A DNA stretch of 64,000 nt, from NCBI GenBank assembly GCA_017522105.1, contig JAFXAA010000030.1:2176-66175 (forward strand). The letters run 5' to 3'. The stretch comes from Bacteroidales bacterium. GTDB taxonomy: Bacteria; Bacteroidota; Bacteroidia; Bacteroidales; P3. Below the pieces are notes generated by a model. The model did no database searches and was not told the origin of the DNA. It saw nothing but the letters and a program-made list of their open reading frames with translations. The translations under genes and the position numbers were made by a program. Shown piece after piece: positions 48,403 through 57,442 of this stretch. How positions within the stretch are numbered: the stretch's first letter is position 1; the number at the start of each line of letters is the position of its first letter.

Positions 48403-49260
48403 ATGGAAAATGAGCATACATACACCCATCCACTCAACCTCTACCAACAGAAAATCAAGGAAGAAGGCATCGTTGTCCTCGACGACGTGAGGGGGCTGCC
48501 AACAGGCGACAAGCCATTCGTGTCGCCCGACTATGTCATCTGCATAGGCCATCGGGGACACATCAACCTTAAGTATGACGACATATCAGACTATTCCGGG
48601 CAGTACACCGTGGCCGTCATCTTCCCAAACCACAGCCTCCTGGAGGTGGACAAGACCGACGACTACCGTGCCACCCTGATAATTGTCAGTTCATCGGTGC
48701 TCAACGACCCCATGCTGAAGATTATCAGCCAGATGCGCTACCTCTATGAGCCGCACCCGATGGTGAAACTGGACAAACGCGAATACAAGATGGTGGCCAA
48801 TGTGGTGGACGGTATGCGCGAGATACAGCGTCTCAAACTGCCCGACTGGCGCATCCTGATGACACGTCTGCTCGATTTCTTCCTGCGCCTGCTCAGCCAC
48901 TACCGTGCCGGCAAAGTCGACGATGGCGGCGCCAACATGCGTGTCAGCAAGCAGTTCCACCAGCACCTCTTGCAACATGTCCGCGAGCACCGCGACGTGG
49001 CCTTCTATGCCGACAAGGCCTGCCTGTCGGCCAAACACTTCAGCGCGGTGATAAAAAACGAGACAGGCCATACGGCCGCCTACTGGATACACCTCCATGT
49101 GGTGGTCGAGGCCAAGATGCTGCTGCACATGCGGCGCGACCTCAGTGTGCAGGCCGTCGCCGACCTCCTGGGCTTCGACGAGCAAGCCGCCTTCAGCCGC
49201 TACTTCCGTCGCGAGACGGGCCTCTCCCCCACCCAGTTCCGCGAAGGCATGGACAGTTGA
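48403..49260 (+). CDS. AraC-family transcriptional regulator
   Basis: C-terminal double HTH (ADKACLSAKHFSAVIKNETG...LGFDEQAAFSRYFRRETGLSPTQFR). Confidence 0.85.
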   Translation: MENEHTYTHPLNLYQQKIKEEGIVVLDDVRGLPTGDKPFVSPDYVICIGHRGHINLKYDDISDYSGQYTVAVIFPNHSLLEVDKTDDYRATLIIVSSSVLNDPMLKIISQMRYLYEPHPMVKLDKREYKMVANVVDGMREIQRLKLPDWRILMTRLLDFFLRLLSHYRAGKVDDGGANMRVSKQFHQHLLQHVREHRDVAFYADKACLSAKHFSAVIKNETGHTAAYWIHLHVVVEAKMLLHMRRDLSVQAVADLLGFDEQAAFSRYFRRETGLSPTQFREGMDS

Positions 49261-49351
49261 CACCGCGGTCGGCAAAAAGCAAAATACCCTGCCATGGAAC
49301 ATGAGTCATATTCCATAGCAGGGCGATTGTAGCGTATACCCTACAGGGTCG

Positions 49352-49474
49352 TCATTCGGCCGCTTCGGCCATCACCACGCTGCCGCGATAGGCGGGGCAG
49401 GTGTGGTGGGTGCAGCTGGCAGCCACCAGCGCAAGCACCGCGACGGCAAGCAGTGTCAAAGCTTTCCTTTTCAT
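49352..49474 (-). CDS. possible 40-aa micro-lipoprotein
   Basis: MKRKALTLLAVAVLALVAAS|CTHHTCPAYRGSVVMAEAAE. The start overlaps the ftcD stop (TAATG). There is no independent support. Confidence 0.35.
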   Translation of the reverse strand: MKRKALTLLAVAVLALVAASCTHHTCPAYRGSVVMAEAAE

Positions 49475-51171
49475 TACAGACCAATCTTTTCGTTTACAAT
49501 CTTCAATATCTCGGCCTCCTGCCTGATGGCTTCGTCCTCGATGGCCTGGGCCTTGGCCAGTATGTCGGCCTTGAAGGCCTCGTCCTTGAGCGAAGAGGCG
49601 TTGATTTTCACGTTCAAGTGAGCACCCATGACGGCGCTGCGTGCTGCCAGCGAGCCCACGCCGCCGTCGGTGACGCTGTTGGGGTTGCCCCACTCCACCA
49701 TGGCGCGGCAGACCTCGAAGGCCTCAAGGCTGCGCTGCATGGTGCGGAAAGGCACCTCGGTGGCGAAGCGTGTGGCCTCCTGGATGGCGGCGCTGCGTGC
49801 GGCCTTCTCCTCGTCGGTCTTCTTGGGCAGGCCGAAGGCGTCCATAATCTTGTTGAAGGCGGCGGTGTCCTCGTCGACGAGGTGCAGCAGCTCGTCCTTC
49901 AGCTGCTGACCCTTGACGGCCACGTCGCTGTACTTCTCCCACTCGTCGTCGTAGGCAGCCTTGCCGCCGGTGAGGTTGGCCACCATGGTGCCGAGGCTTG
50001 CCGCCAGGGCGCCCATGTAGGCGCTGACGGAGCCGCCGCCGGGCGCGGGGCTCTCGCTGGCCGTCTCGTCGCAGAAGCCGCGGCAGGTGAGGTCGACCAG
50101 CTTCTTCTTCGAGTGGTCCTCAATGAGGTATTCTATAACCTTCTCCTTGGGGTCGAAGGGCTTGAGGTCGTCGAGGCCCATGCTCTTTATGGCCACCTTC
50201 ATCAGCTCTTCCTCGCTGACGCCGAGGGAGCGCTGCTGTTTGGCCAGGTAGTAACGGCCGGCGTCGATGAGGACGCTCTTCGGGATGAGGCCCACAATCT
50301 CGCAGCCCGTGACGCGGAGGCCGCGGTTCTGGGCGCAGCGGCACACCTCGTCGAAACAGAGGTGCACGGGGGCCACCTTGATGGAGGTGATGTTCATGCT
50401 CACCTGCGCGATGCCATAGTCCTCGATGTACCAGCCGATGGCCTTGGTGCCTTTCAGGGTGCCGGGAATCATTATGGTCTTGCCGTTCTCGTCCTTGATG
50501 GGCTTGCCACTGGGTTTGCCGCCCTCGCGTTTGGGGCGGCCCTTCTCGCGCACGTCGAAGGCGATGGCGTTGGCGCGGCGCGTGGAGGTGGTGTTGAGGT
50601 TGTAGTTGATGGCCACGAGGAAGTCGCGGGCACCCACCTGAGTGGCGCCGGTGCGGGCGGTGTGGTCGTTCCAGGCGTTGGGGCCGAAGTCGGGCTTCCA
50701 CTCCTCGGTGCCGAGGCGGCTGCTGAGGCTCTCATATTCGCCGGTGCGGCAGTAGGCCAGGTTGCGGCGTTCGGGTTTGAAGGCGGCGTTCTCGTAGCAG
50801 TAGATGGGCACCTGCAGCTCGTCGCCGAGGCGCTTGCCCAGCTTGTGGGCATACTCCACGACCTCTTCCATGGTGATGCCAGCCACGGGGATGAGGGGGC
50901 ACACGTCGGTGGCACCCTGGCGCGGGTGGGCGCCGTGGTGCTGCGTCATGTCGATGAGCTCGGCGGCCTTCTTCACCACCTGGAAAGCGGCTTCAAGCAC
51001 AGGCTCCGGCTCACCCACGAAGGTGATGACGGTGCGGTTGGTGGTCTGGCCGGGGTCCACGTCGAGGAGCTTCACACCTTCAACCTTTTCAATCTCGGCT
51101 GTAACCTGATTGATGATATCCATGTTGCGGCCTTCGCTGATATTAGGCACGCATTCAATGAGTTGCTTCAT
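49474..51171 (-). CDS. ftcD: bifunctional glutamate formimidoyltransferase / formimidoyltetrahydrofolate cyclodeaminase
   Basis: N-terminus MKQLIECVPNISEGRN is typical of formiminotransferase. The 565-aa length fits the transferase plus the helical cyclodeaminase domain. Confidence 0.9.
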   Translation of the reverse strand: MKQLIECVPNISEGRNMDIINQVTAEIEKVEGVKLLDVDPGQTTNRTVITFVGEPEPVLEAAFQVVKKAAELIDMTQHHGAHPRQGATDVCPLIPVAGITMEEVVEYAHKLGKRLGDELQVPIYCYENAAFKPERRNLAYCRTGEYESLSSRLGTEEWKPDFGPNAWNDHTARTGATQVGARDFLVAINYNLNTTSTRRANAIAFDVREKGRPKREGGKPSGKPIKDENGKTIMIPGTLKGTKAIGWYIEDYGIAQVSMNITSIKVAPVHLCFDEVCRCAQNRGLRVTGCEIVGLIPKSVLIDAGRYYLAKQQRSLGVSEEELMKVAIKSMGLDDLKPFDPKEKVIEYLIEDHSKKKLVDLTCRGFCDETASESPAPGGGSVSAYMGALAASLGTMVANLTGGKAAYDDEWEKYSDVAVKGQQLKDELLHLVDEDTAAFNKIMDAFGLPKKTDEEKAARSAAIQEATRFATEVPFRTMQRSLEAFEVCRAMVEWGNPNSVTDGGVGSLAARSAVMGAHLNVKINASSLKDEAFKADILAKAQAIEDEAIRQEAEILKIVNEKIGL

Positions 51172-51194
51172 GTGTTGTAGTTTTAGTTTTGCTG

Positions 51195-51225
51195 CAAAGA
51201 TACACCATTTTTTTATTATGGCAAA
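51195..51225 (-). promoter_or_regulatory. promoter: TTTG and TATCTTTG (ftcD)
   Basis: The plus strand has CAAAGATA at 51195-51202 and CAAA at 51222-25, with a 19-nt spacer. Confidence 0.6.
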
Positions 51226-51257
51226 ATATTTTTGACATTCCTTCCCTGCGTATCCCC

Positions 51258-51388
51258 CACGGAGCCCCTACGGCATTTCTTCAGTAGTTCTTCAGTAGTT
51301 CTTCAGTAGTATTTCGGTGTTTGACTGAAGAACTACTGAAGAACTACTGAAGAACTACTGAAGAAATGCCGTAGGGGCTCCGTAGGGG
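51258..51388. repeat. family B palindromic element, copy 3
   Basis: The core differs from copy 1 by one substitution (TTTCGGTG vs TTTCAGTG). The 17-nt termini ACGGAGCCCCTACGGCA / TGCCGTAGGGGCTCCGT are perfectly complementary. Confidence 0.95.
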
Positions 51389-51479
51389 ATTGGGGGCAGA
51401 ACTGTGGAATGTAGGCGGTGTCGAAATGTTAAATTTTAGGAAAATTCACCGTCGGGCTTGTCGTGTTGGGGAAATTTCG

Positions 51480-51487
51480 TATCTTTG
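51480..51487 (+). promoter_or_regulatory. -7 box TATCTTTG
   Basis: ATG codons follow at 51491 and 51497, i.e. 4 and 10 nt after the box. Confidence 0.55.
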
Positions 51488-51490
51488 CAC

Positions 51491-54022
51491 ATGTTTATGA
51501 GAAAGTTGAAATACTATATATACGCTTTTACAGCACTGGTTTCCATGGGTTTGTGTGGTCGCGCCGGTGCACAGCAGATAGTGCGTGTGGATGTGGACAC
51601 GGTGGCGTGCCTAAACGACACGGTGCGGATTGCCGTGGGCCATACGGCGGCGGCGGACGTGGAGGTGAGGGACATGCTGCTCAACCTCTCGCATGCCGAG
51701 CGGGCCTTCCTGCCCGACGGTGTGTCGTGCCCGCCCTACGGGTGCTCCTACCGCTCGCACGTGACCTTCAGCGGTCTGGACAACAGCGTGCAGATACGCA
51801 CGGTGGAGGACATCAAATTCGTGAGGTTGAACATAGAGCATTCGTTCATCGGCGATCTATACATTGGTGTTGTCTGCCCCAACGGGCAGCGGGCGAGCCT
51901 GATGAACTGGAGCGGCAGCGGCAGCAGCAACTGCGACGACGAGGTGCCGGCAGGCAGCCGCACATGGGCTGCGGGCAGCAATGTGTATGGCAGCACTTAC
52001 CTTGGTGCGGCCTACGACTATTCGGACTACAGTTACAAATGTGACTCTACAAGCAGCGACAACGCCCCCGGCACGGGGTGGAACTACTGCTGGAGCAGCA
52101 GCAACACCCACGGCTACCAGTATGCCAGCGGCGACGGACGCATCTACCGCTCGGCCAACCGTTCGGGCAACAGCATAGACAGCAGCATCGTGGCGCAGGG
52201 CCGTAGGTTCTACCGCCCAGACCAGAGCTTCCAGAACCTGGTGGGATGCCCGGTGAACGGCACGTGGTACATAGAGGTCATCGACGCCTACAGCGGCGAC
52301 AACGGGTGGGTGTTCGACTGGGAGCTGTCGCTGGACGAGACGCTGGTGCCCATGGCAGGCGTGATGACAGGCTGCACGGTGCTGGGCGAAGAGGTGATGC
52401 GGCAGAACGACACGGTGTGGCACGTGTCGGCCCCGGCCGGGGCCACCGGCGACACGACGGTTGACTACATGGTGCGCATCTACGGCACCGGCTCGCCGTC
52501 GGTGCGCGACACCGTGGTGAGTGTGCACTACTACCCGCTGCTCGCCACCGAGCAGAGCGACACCCTCTGCTGGGGCGACACGGCAACGCTGGCCGGCGTG
52601 GGCACCCTGACGCGCGACACCACGGTGGTGCGCCGTCTGACGAGTGTGCACGGGTGCGACAGCGTGGTGACGAACAGCTATTTCTTCCGCGAGAAGATTG
52701 AGAACATAGACACCGACTACGTGTGCTACGGCGAGTCGCTGACGGTGGGGAGCGTCGTGGTGACGCGCGACACCGTGCTGAGCGACACGCTGACGGCGGC
52801 TTGCGGGTGCGACAGCGTGGTGAGCCGCGCCGTGTTCTTCCGCCCGCCGTTCACGGGGAGGGATTCGGTGCTGGCCTGCATGGGCGACACCTTGTGGGTC
52901 GGTGCTGTGAGCGTGACGACAGACACCACGGTGGCCGACACGCTGACGGCGGCCTGCGGGTGCGACAGCGTGGTGGCGCGGGTGTTCACCTACCACCCCG
53001 TCTATACCACCCACGACACGGTGGCCTTCTGCGCCGTGGACGGCTACCACTACGACACGCTGGACTTCGACGCCCCTGGCGACTACGTGCTGCCGCGCAC
53101 CTCGGCATGGGGGTGCGACAGTACGGTGAAGGTCAGAATCAACGTCATCGACAGCACGTTCCTGCCCCGCATACTGCTGAGCGACGACGGCGAGCGGTGG
53201 AGCGACGACACCGTGCTGCTGGGCTGCGAGCCCTACGGCGTGTCGCTGAAGGACACCACGCCGCTGACGGTGTGGCGGCAATGGATCATTGACCCGGCCG
53301 ACACCGTGGCCGGCGACACGCTGGTGAGCCACCGCTTCGACAGCGTCGGCGTCTACGGCGTGACGCTTCTCTCGGTCAGCGCCGGCGGCTGCCGCGACAC
53401 GCTGCGAATGGACAGCGTGGTGTGGGTGTTCCGCAACCCCGAGGCCCACTTCAGCTGGCTGCCGCTGGAGCCTCCTATGCACGACCCGCAGGCCGACTTC
53501 GTCAACGAGTCGTGGCCGCAGGGCGAGGGCATGGCATGGCGGTGGCAGATTGGCGGCACCGACGGAAGCGACACGAGCAGCGAGTATGAACCCCACTACC
53601 GCTGGGACAACGAGGGCGTGAACCCGTCGGGCGAACACACGGTGACGCTGACGGCCCTGTGGACGCACCAAGGCCCCGACACGCTGACGGCAGTGTGCAG
53701 CGACACGGCGGAGCACACCGTCACGGTGGTCAACGATTGGCTGCAGTTCCCGAGCCTGGTGACGCCCAACGGCGACGGCATCAACGACACATGGGAGGTG
53801 GTGAACCTGGTGGATATGGGGCAGTACCCGATGAACGAGATATGGATTTTCAACCAGTGGGGTGTGCAGGTGTTCCACGCCAAGAACGTGTACCGCCACG
53901 AGGACTTCTGGGACCCCAACGCCACCAACAGCCCCGACGGCACCTACTATTTCCGCTTCTCGGCGCGCAGCGCATGGGGGGTGGTGAAGCAGAACGGCAC
54001 CATTGAGGTGATGAGGAATTAG
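51491..54022 (+). CDS. T9SS type-B (gliding-motility C-terminal domain) cargo protein with N-terminal proprotein-convertase P-domain-like module, GCDS repeats and a PKD-like domain
   Basis: Signal peptide; P-domain signature HSFIGDLYIGVVCPNGQ; repeats ending ...GCDSVV; C-terminus FPSLVTPNGDGINDTWEV...GTYYFRF. The true start may be 51497. Confidence 0.85.
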   Translation: MFMRKLKYYIYAFTALVSMGLCGRAGAQQIVRVDVDTVACLNDTVRIAVGHTAAADVEVRDMLLNLSHAERAFLPDGVSCPPYGCSYRSHVTFSGLDNSVQIRTVEDIKFVRLNIEHSFIGDLYIGVVCPNGQRASLMNWSGSGSSNCDDEVPAGSRTWAAGSNVYGSTYLGAAYDYSDYSYKCDSTSSDNAPGTGWNYCWSSSNTHGYQYASGDGRIYRSANRSGNSIDSSIVAQGRRFYRPDQSFQNLVGCPVNGTWYIEVIDAYSGDNGWVFDWELSLDETLVPMAGVMTGCTVLGEEVMRQNDTVWHVSAPAGATGDTTVDYMVRIYGTGSPSVRDTVVSVHYYPLLATEQSDTLCWGDTATLAGVGTLTRDTTVVRRLTSVHGCDSVVTNSYFFREKIENIDTDYVCYGESLTVGSVVVTRDTVLSDTLTAACGCDSVVSRAVFFRPPFTGRDSVLACMGDTLWVGAVSVTTDTTVADTLTAACGCDSVVARVFTYHPVYTTHDTVAFCAVDGYHYDTLDFDAPGDYVLPRTSAWGCDSTVKVRINVIDSTFLPRILLSDDGERWSDDTVLLGCEPYGVSLKDTTPLTVWRQWIIDPADTVAGDTLVSHRFDSVGVYGVTLLSVSAGGCRDTLRMDSVVWVFRNPEAHFSWLPLEPPMHDPQADFVNESWPQGEGMAWRWQIGGTDGSDTSSEYEPHYRWDNEGVNPSGEHTVTLTALWTHQGPDTLTAVCSDTAEHTVTVVNDWLQFPSLVTPNGDGINDTWEVVNLVDMGQYPMNEIWIFNQWGVQVFHAKNVYRHEDFWDPNATNSPDGTYYFRFSARSAWGVVKQNGTIEVMRN

Positions 54023-54065
54023 CTTTGAGCTATGAGTTAATGAACACTGAACACTATTACAAGCA

Positions 54066-57000
54066 ATGAACAGATATAGGACAAGAATGAGAGGTGGCGT
54101 GACGCTTCGACTGGCAGCGTGCCTGCTGGCGGTTGTGTGTTGCCTCCTTTCGGCCACGGCGCAGAACACTACCCACGGCTACCTGCGCTTCGACCTGCCC
54201 ACCGACGTGTGTGCGGGCACCACGCAGACCTTCCGCTTCGGCTACAACGCGCAATTCAACGTGGTGTTCGACCTGCCGCAGGCGTCGCAGAGCCATGCCG
54301 AGCGGGCCTTCCTACCCGACGGCGTGTCATGTTCGCCCTACGGCTGCTCCTACCGTTCCAACGTCACATTCAGCAGCTTCGCCCCCGGTGCGACGCTGAC
54401 TTCAGTGCAGGACATCAAGTATGTGCGTGTTAACATGGAACACAGCTGGATAGGCGACTTGTACATCGGTATCGTCTGCCCTAACGGGCAGCGCGCGAGC
54501 CTGATGAACTGGAGCGGCGACGGCAGCAGCAGCTGCGACGACGAGGTGCCTGCGGGTCACCGCACCTGGGTGTCGGGCAGCAATGTGAGCAACGGAACAT
54601 ACCTCGGCAACCCTTATGATTACTCAAACTCTTTATACCCCTGCGATTCAACAAACAGTAACAACCAGCCAGGCTCTGGCTGGAACTACTGCTGGAGCAA
54701 CAACACCACGAGCGGCTATCAGTATGCCAGCGGCGACGGGCGCATCTACCGTTTGGCCAACCGTACGGGAAGCAGCATCGACAGCAGCAATGTGGCGCTG
54801 GGACGCAAGTTCTACCATCCTGACCAGAACTTCAGCAGCCTCACAGGGTGCCCGCTGAATGGCAACTGGTATATTGAAGTTATCGACGCTTGGAGCGGCG
54901 ACAACGGCTGGATATTCGACTGGGAGCTGGCGCTCAACCCCAACCTGCTGCCCACGGACTGCGCCCTGCTGAAGCGCGAGGTGATAGGGGCGCGTGTGAC
55001 AAGGCAGAACGACTCGACCTACCGGTTCTCGGCTCCGTCGGTGACACACGATTCCGTGTTCCCCGTGACGTTCAGGATAGTGAGCACCTGTGGCGACACC
55101 ATTGACAGCACGGCCTACATCACCGTGCACCCGAAATACAACATCACCGAATACGACACGGCGTGCGACAGCTACACCCTTTTCGAGCAGACCTACACGC
55201 ACGACATCATGGTGGTCAAGCACTTCACTTCGGTGGGCAACTGCGACAGCACCATGCGCTACCGCCTGCACATACTGCATTCCGACCAGACAGAAGTGCA
55301 CGACACTGTGCTGCAGAACCAGCTGCCCTACGTGGTGGACGGCGAGACCCTGGTGCCGGCGCTCCCGCCACTGCCACCCTACCCCTCCGGCGGAGCCACG
55401 CTGCTCGACACCACGCTGCTGAGGACCAACCGCACGGGGTGCGACAGTACGGTGAGCATGACGCTTTTCGTGTGGTACAACATAGCCGACACGGTGGACA
55501 GCACCGTATGCCGACACCAGCTGCCGCTGACGTGGAACGGCGTGGAGTTCGTCGACGCAGGCCAACAGACCGTCACGCTGACGGGCAGCCACGGAGTGGA
55601 CAGCCTGCTGACGATGCGGGTGGCCGTGATAGAGGACACTCGGCTTGACGTGCACGACACCGTGGTGGAAAACCAGCTGCCATGGGGCCTCGACGGACAC
55701 GAAACCTTTGCCGGCGACACCGCCGTTGAATACATGACTGTCAATGCGGGAGGCTGCGACAGCCTGATAACATACAGCCTGCATGTGTGGCGCAACAGCC
55801 TCGACTCCATAGACAGCACCGTATGCCGACACCAGCTGCCGATAGAGTGGAACGGACTGACGTTTGCCGACGCCGGGGTGCAGACGCTGATGCTGGCCGA
55901 CGTGCACGGCGCCGACAGCGTGACGGTGATGACCCTCGCCGTGAACGAAGACAACCTGGGAGAATGGAGCGACACGGTGGTGGAGAACAACCTGCCGTGG
56001 CCGGGAGTGGAAGGCTTCGAACCGCTGACAGGCACCACAGACACGCTGTACCTGCTGCAGAACGCCGCAGGATGCGACAGCCTGCTGCACTACTCGCTGC
56101 ACGTGTGGTGGAACCGCAGGACGGAGATAGACAGCTCGGTGTGCCGTCACGAGCTGCCGGTGGTATGGAACGGAGAGACTTTCGGCGACAGCGGCACCAA
56201 GACAGTGACACTGGCGGAAAGCCACGGTGCGGACAGTCTCGTGGTGATGACGCTGAGTGTGAGGGAAGATACCTACAATGATATAAAAGACACTGTGGTG
56301 GAGAACAACCTGCCGTGGATGCGTTCAGGCATCGGTACCTTCGACACCATAGCCGACACGGCTATTATGCTGGCCAACGCCCAAGGATGCGACAGCATCG
56401 TGAGCTTCAGCCTGCACGTGTGGTACAATGTGGAAGAAAGCTTCGACACTGTGGTGTGCGACAACGTGTGGCCGCTGGTGTGGCGTGGTGCGCGCTTCAA
56501 TGGCGGCAGCACCGTACAGCGCACACTCTACAACGCCCATGGAGCCGACAGCACCGTGCACCTGACGGTGACGGCCATGCCGGTGTACGACAGCACCATA
56601 GAAGCCGAGACCTGCGACAACACAGGATACGTGCACGACGGACAGACCCTGCGGAGGAATGGCGTCTTCCGCTTCATGTACACCACGGCGGCGGGTTGCG
56701 ACAGCCTCGTCCGCATCAGTCTTAGGGTATGGCCGACAGCGTCGGAGAAGGACTATGACACAGTGTGCCTCTCGGAACTGCCCTACTCATGGGAAGGACA
56801 ATCTCTGTTCTATGGCGGCAAGTCGGACATAACATCCACCGTCATGATGGCCACCGTGCACGGATGCGACAGCGTGAGGAGCCTCAGCCTCGCCGTAAAG
56901 GGCATATACCTCATGGCCCGGCCGCACATAACACCCACCGTGGTGACCCTCGAAGACCCGAAGATTGTATTCAACGACAACAGTCGCGACGCCACCAGCC

Positions 57001-57428
57001 GACTGTGGATTGTGGACGACTACCAGACTGACAGGCAGAGCTTCAGCTACACCTATACCTCGGAGGTTGACTCGCTGCCCGTTACCCTCATCGCCTACAA
57101 CACCGAGAGCTGTACCGATACGGCCAGGACGCTGATACTGCTCGACCGCTCGGCACTCATTGCGCCCAACGTCTTCACCCCCGACCAGGAAATCAACAAC
57201 CACTGGTTCGTTGCCACCACCGACATTACGGAAATACACGTCTGGATATACAACCGCCACGGCAACCTTGTGGGCGAATATACCGACATAGACGGCTATT
57301 GGGACGGACACACCCTCGACGGCCATCCCTGCCCACAAGGGGCATACGTGTACAAAGTGCAATACCGCACCAAAGTGCATCCAGACCGCCTTCAAGACAA
57401 GACCGGGACGCTGCTCCTGCTCAAATAA
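54066..57428 (+). CDS. T9SS type-B cargo protein, tandem paralog of the upstream gene, with an expanded repeat region
   Basis: The N-terminal ~300 aa are collinear with the upstream protein (AERAFLPDGVSC, GDLYIGIVCPNGQRASLMNWSG, GYQYASGDGRIYR). More than 10 C/GCDS-type repeats are present. C-terminus PNVFTPDQEINNHWFV...GAYVYKV. Confidence 0.85.
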   Translation: MNRYRTRMRGGVTLRLAACLLAVVCCLLSATAQNTTHGYLRFDLPTDVCAGTTQTFRFGYNAQFNVVFDLPQASQSHAERAFLPDGVSCSPYGCSYRSNVTFSSFAPGATLTSVQDIKYVRVNMEHSWIGDLYIGIVCPNGQRASLMNWSGDGSSSCDDEVPAGHRTWVSGSNVSNGTYLGNPYDYSNSLYPCDSTNSNNQPGSGWNYCWSNNTTSGYQYASGDGRIYRLANRTGSSIDSSNVALGRKFYHPDQNFSSLTGCPLNGNWYIEVIDAWSGDNGWIFDWELALNPNLLPTDCALLKREVIGARVTRQNDSTYRFSAPSVTHDSVFPVTFRIVSTCGDTIDSTAYITVHPKYNITEYDTACDSYTLFEQTYTHDIMVVKHFTSVGNCDSTMRYRLHILHSDQTEVHDTVLQNQLPYVVDGETLVPALPPLPPYPSGGATLLDTTLLRTNRTGCDSTVSMTLFVWYNIADTVDSTVCRHQLPLTWNGVEFVDAGQQTVTLTGSHGVDSLLTMRVAVIEDTRLDVHDTVVENQLPWGLDGHETFAGDTAVEYMTVNAGGCDSLITYSLHVWRNSLDSIDSTVCRHQLPIEWNGLTFADAGVQTLMLADVHGADSVTVMTLAVNEDNLGEWSDTVVENNLPWPGVEGFEPLTGTTDTLYLLQNAAGCDSLLHYSLHVWWNRRTEIDSSVCRHELPVVWNGETFGDSGTKTVTLAESHGADSLVVMTLSVREDTYNDIKDTVVENNLPWMRSGIGTFDTIADTAIMLANAQGCDSIVSFSLHVWYNVEESFDTVVCDNVWPLVWRGARFNGGSTVQRTLYNAHGADSTVHLTVTAMPVYDSTIEAETCDNTGYVHDGQTLRRNGVFRFMYTTAAGCDSLVRISLRVWPTASEKDYDTVCLSELPYSWEGQSLFYGGKSDITSTVMMATVHGCDSVRSLSLAVKGIYLMARPHITPTVVTLEDPKIVFNDNSRDATSRLWIVDDYQTDRQSFSYTYTSEVDSLPVTLIAYNTESCTDTARTLILLDRSALIAPNVFTPDQEINNHWFVATTDITEIHVWIYNRHGNLVGEYTDIDGYWDGHTLDGHPCPQGAYVYKVQYRTKVHPDRLQDKTGTLLLLK
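55497..56445 (+). repeat. three tandem ~315-nt (105-aa) coding super-repeats
   Basis: GACAGCACCGTATGCCGACACCAGCTGCCG recurs at 55497 and 55812, and a diverged copy is at 56130. Each unit comprises a 'DSxVCRHxLPxxWNG' module and a 'DTVVENxLPW...GCDS' module. Confidence 0.85.
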
Positions 57429-57442
57429 CGATATAAGAACCA

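Noticed and set aside
51857-56225. 770-aa and 525-aa minus-strand ORFs (51857..54169 and 54648..56225). Similar long antisense ORFs lie over ppdK, pckA, gcvP, the hydrogenase genes, argS, ftcD and gap.
   Set aside because: All lie opposite genes with clear domain signatures. All have Arg/Ala/Gly/His/Val-rich, low-complexity translations. None has its own promoter box.
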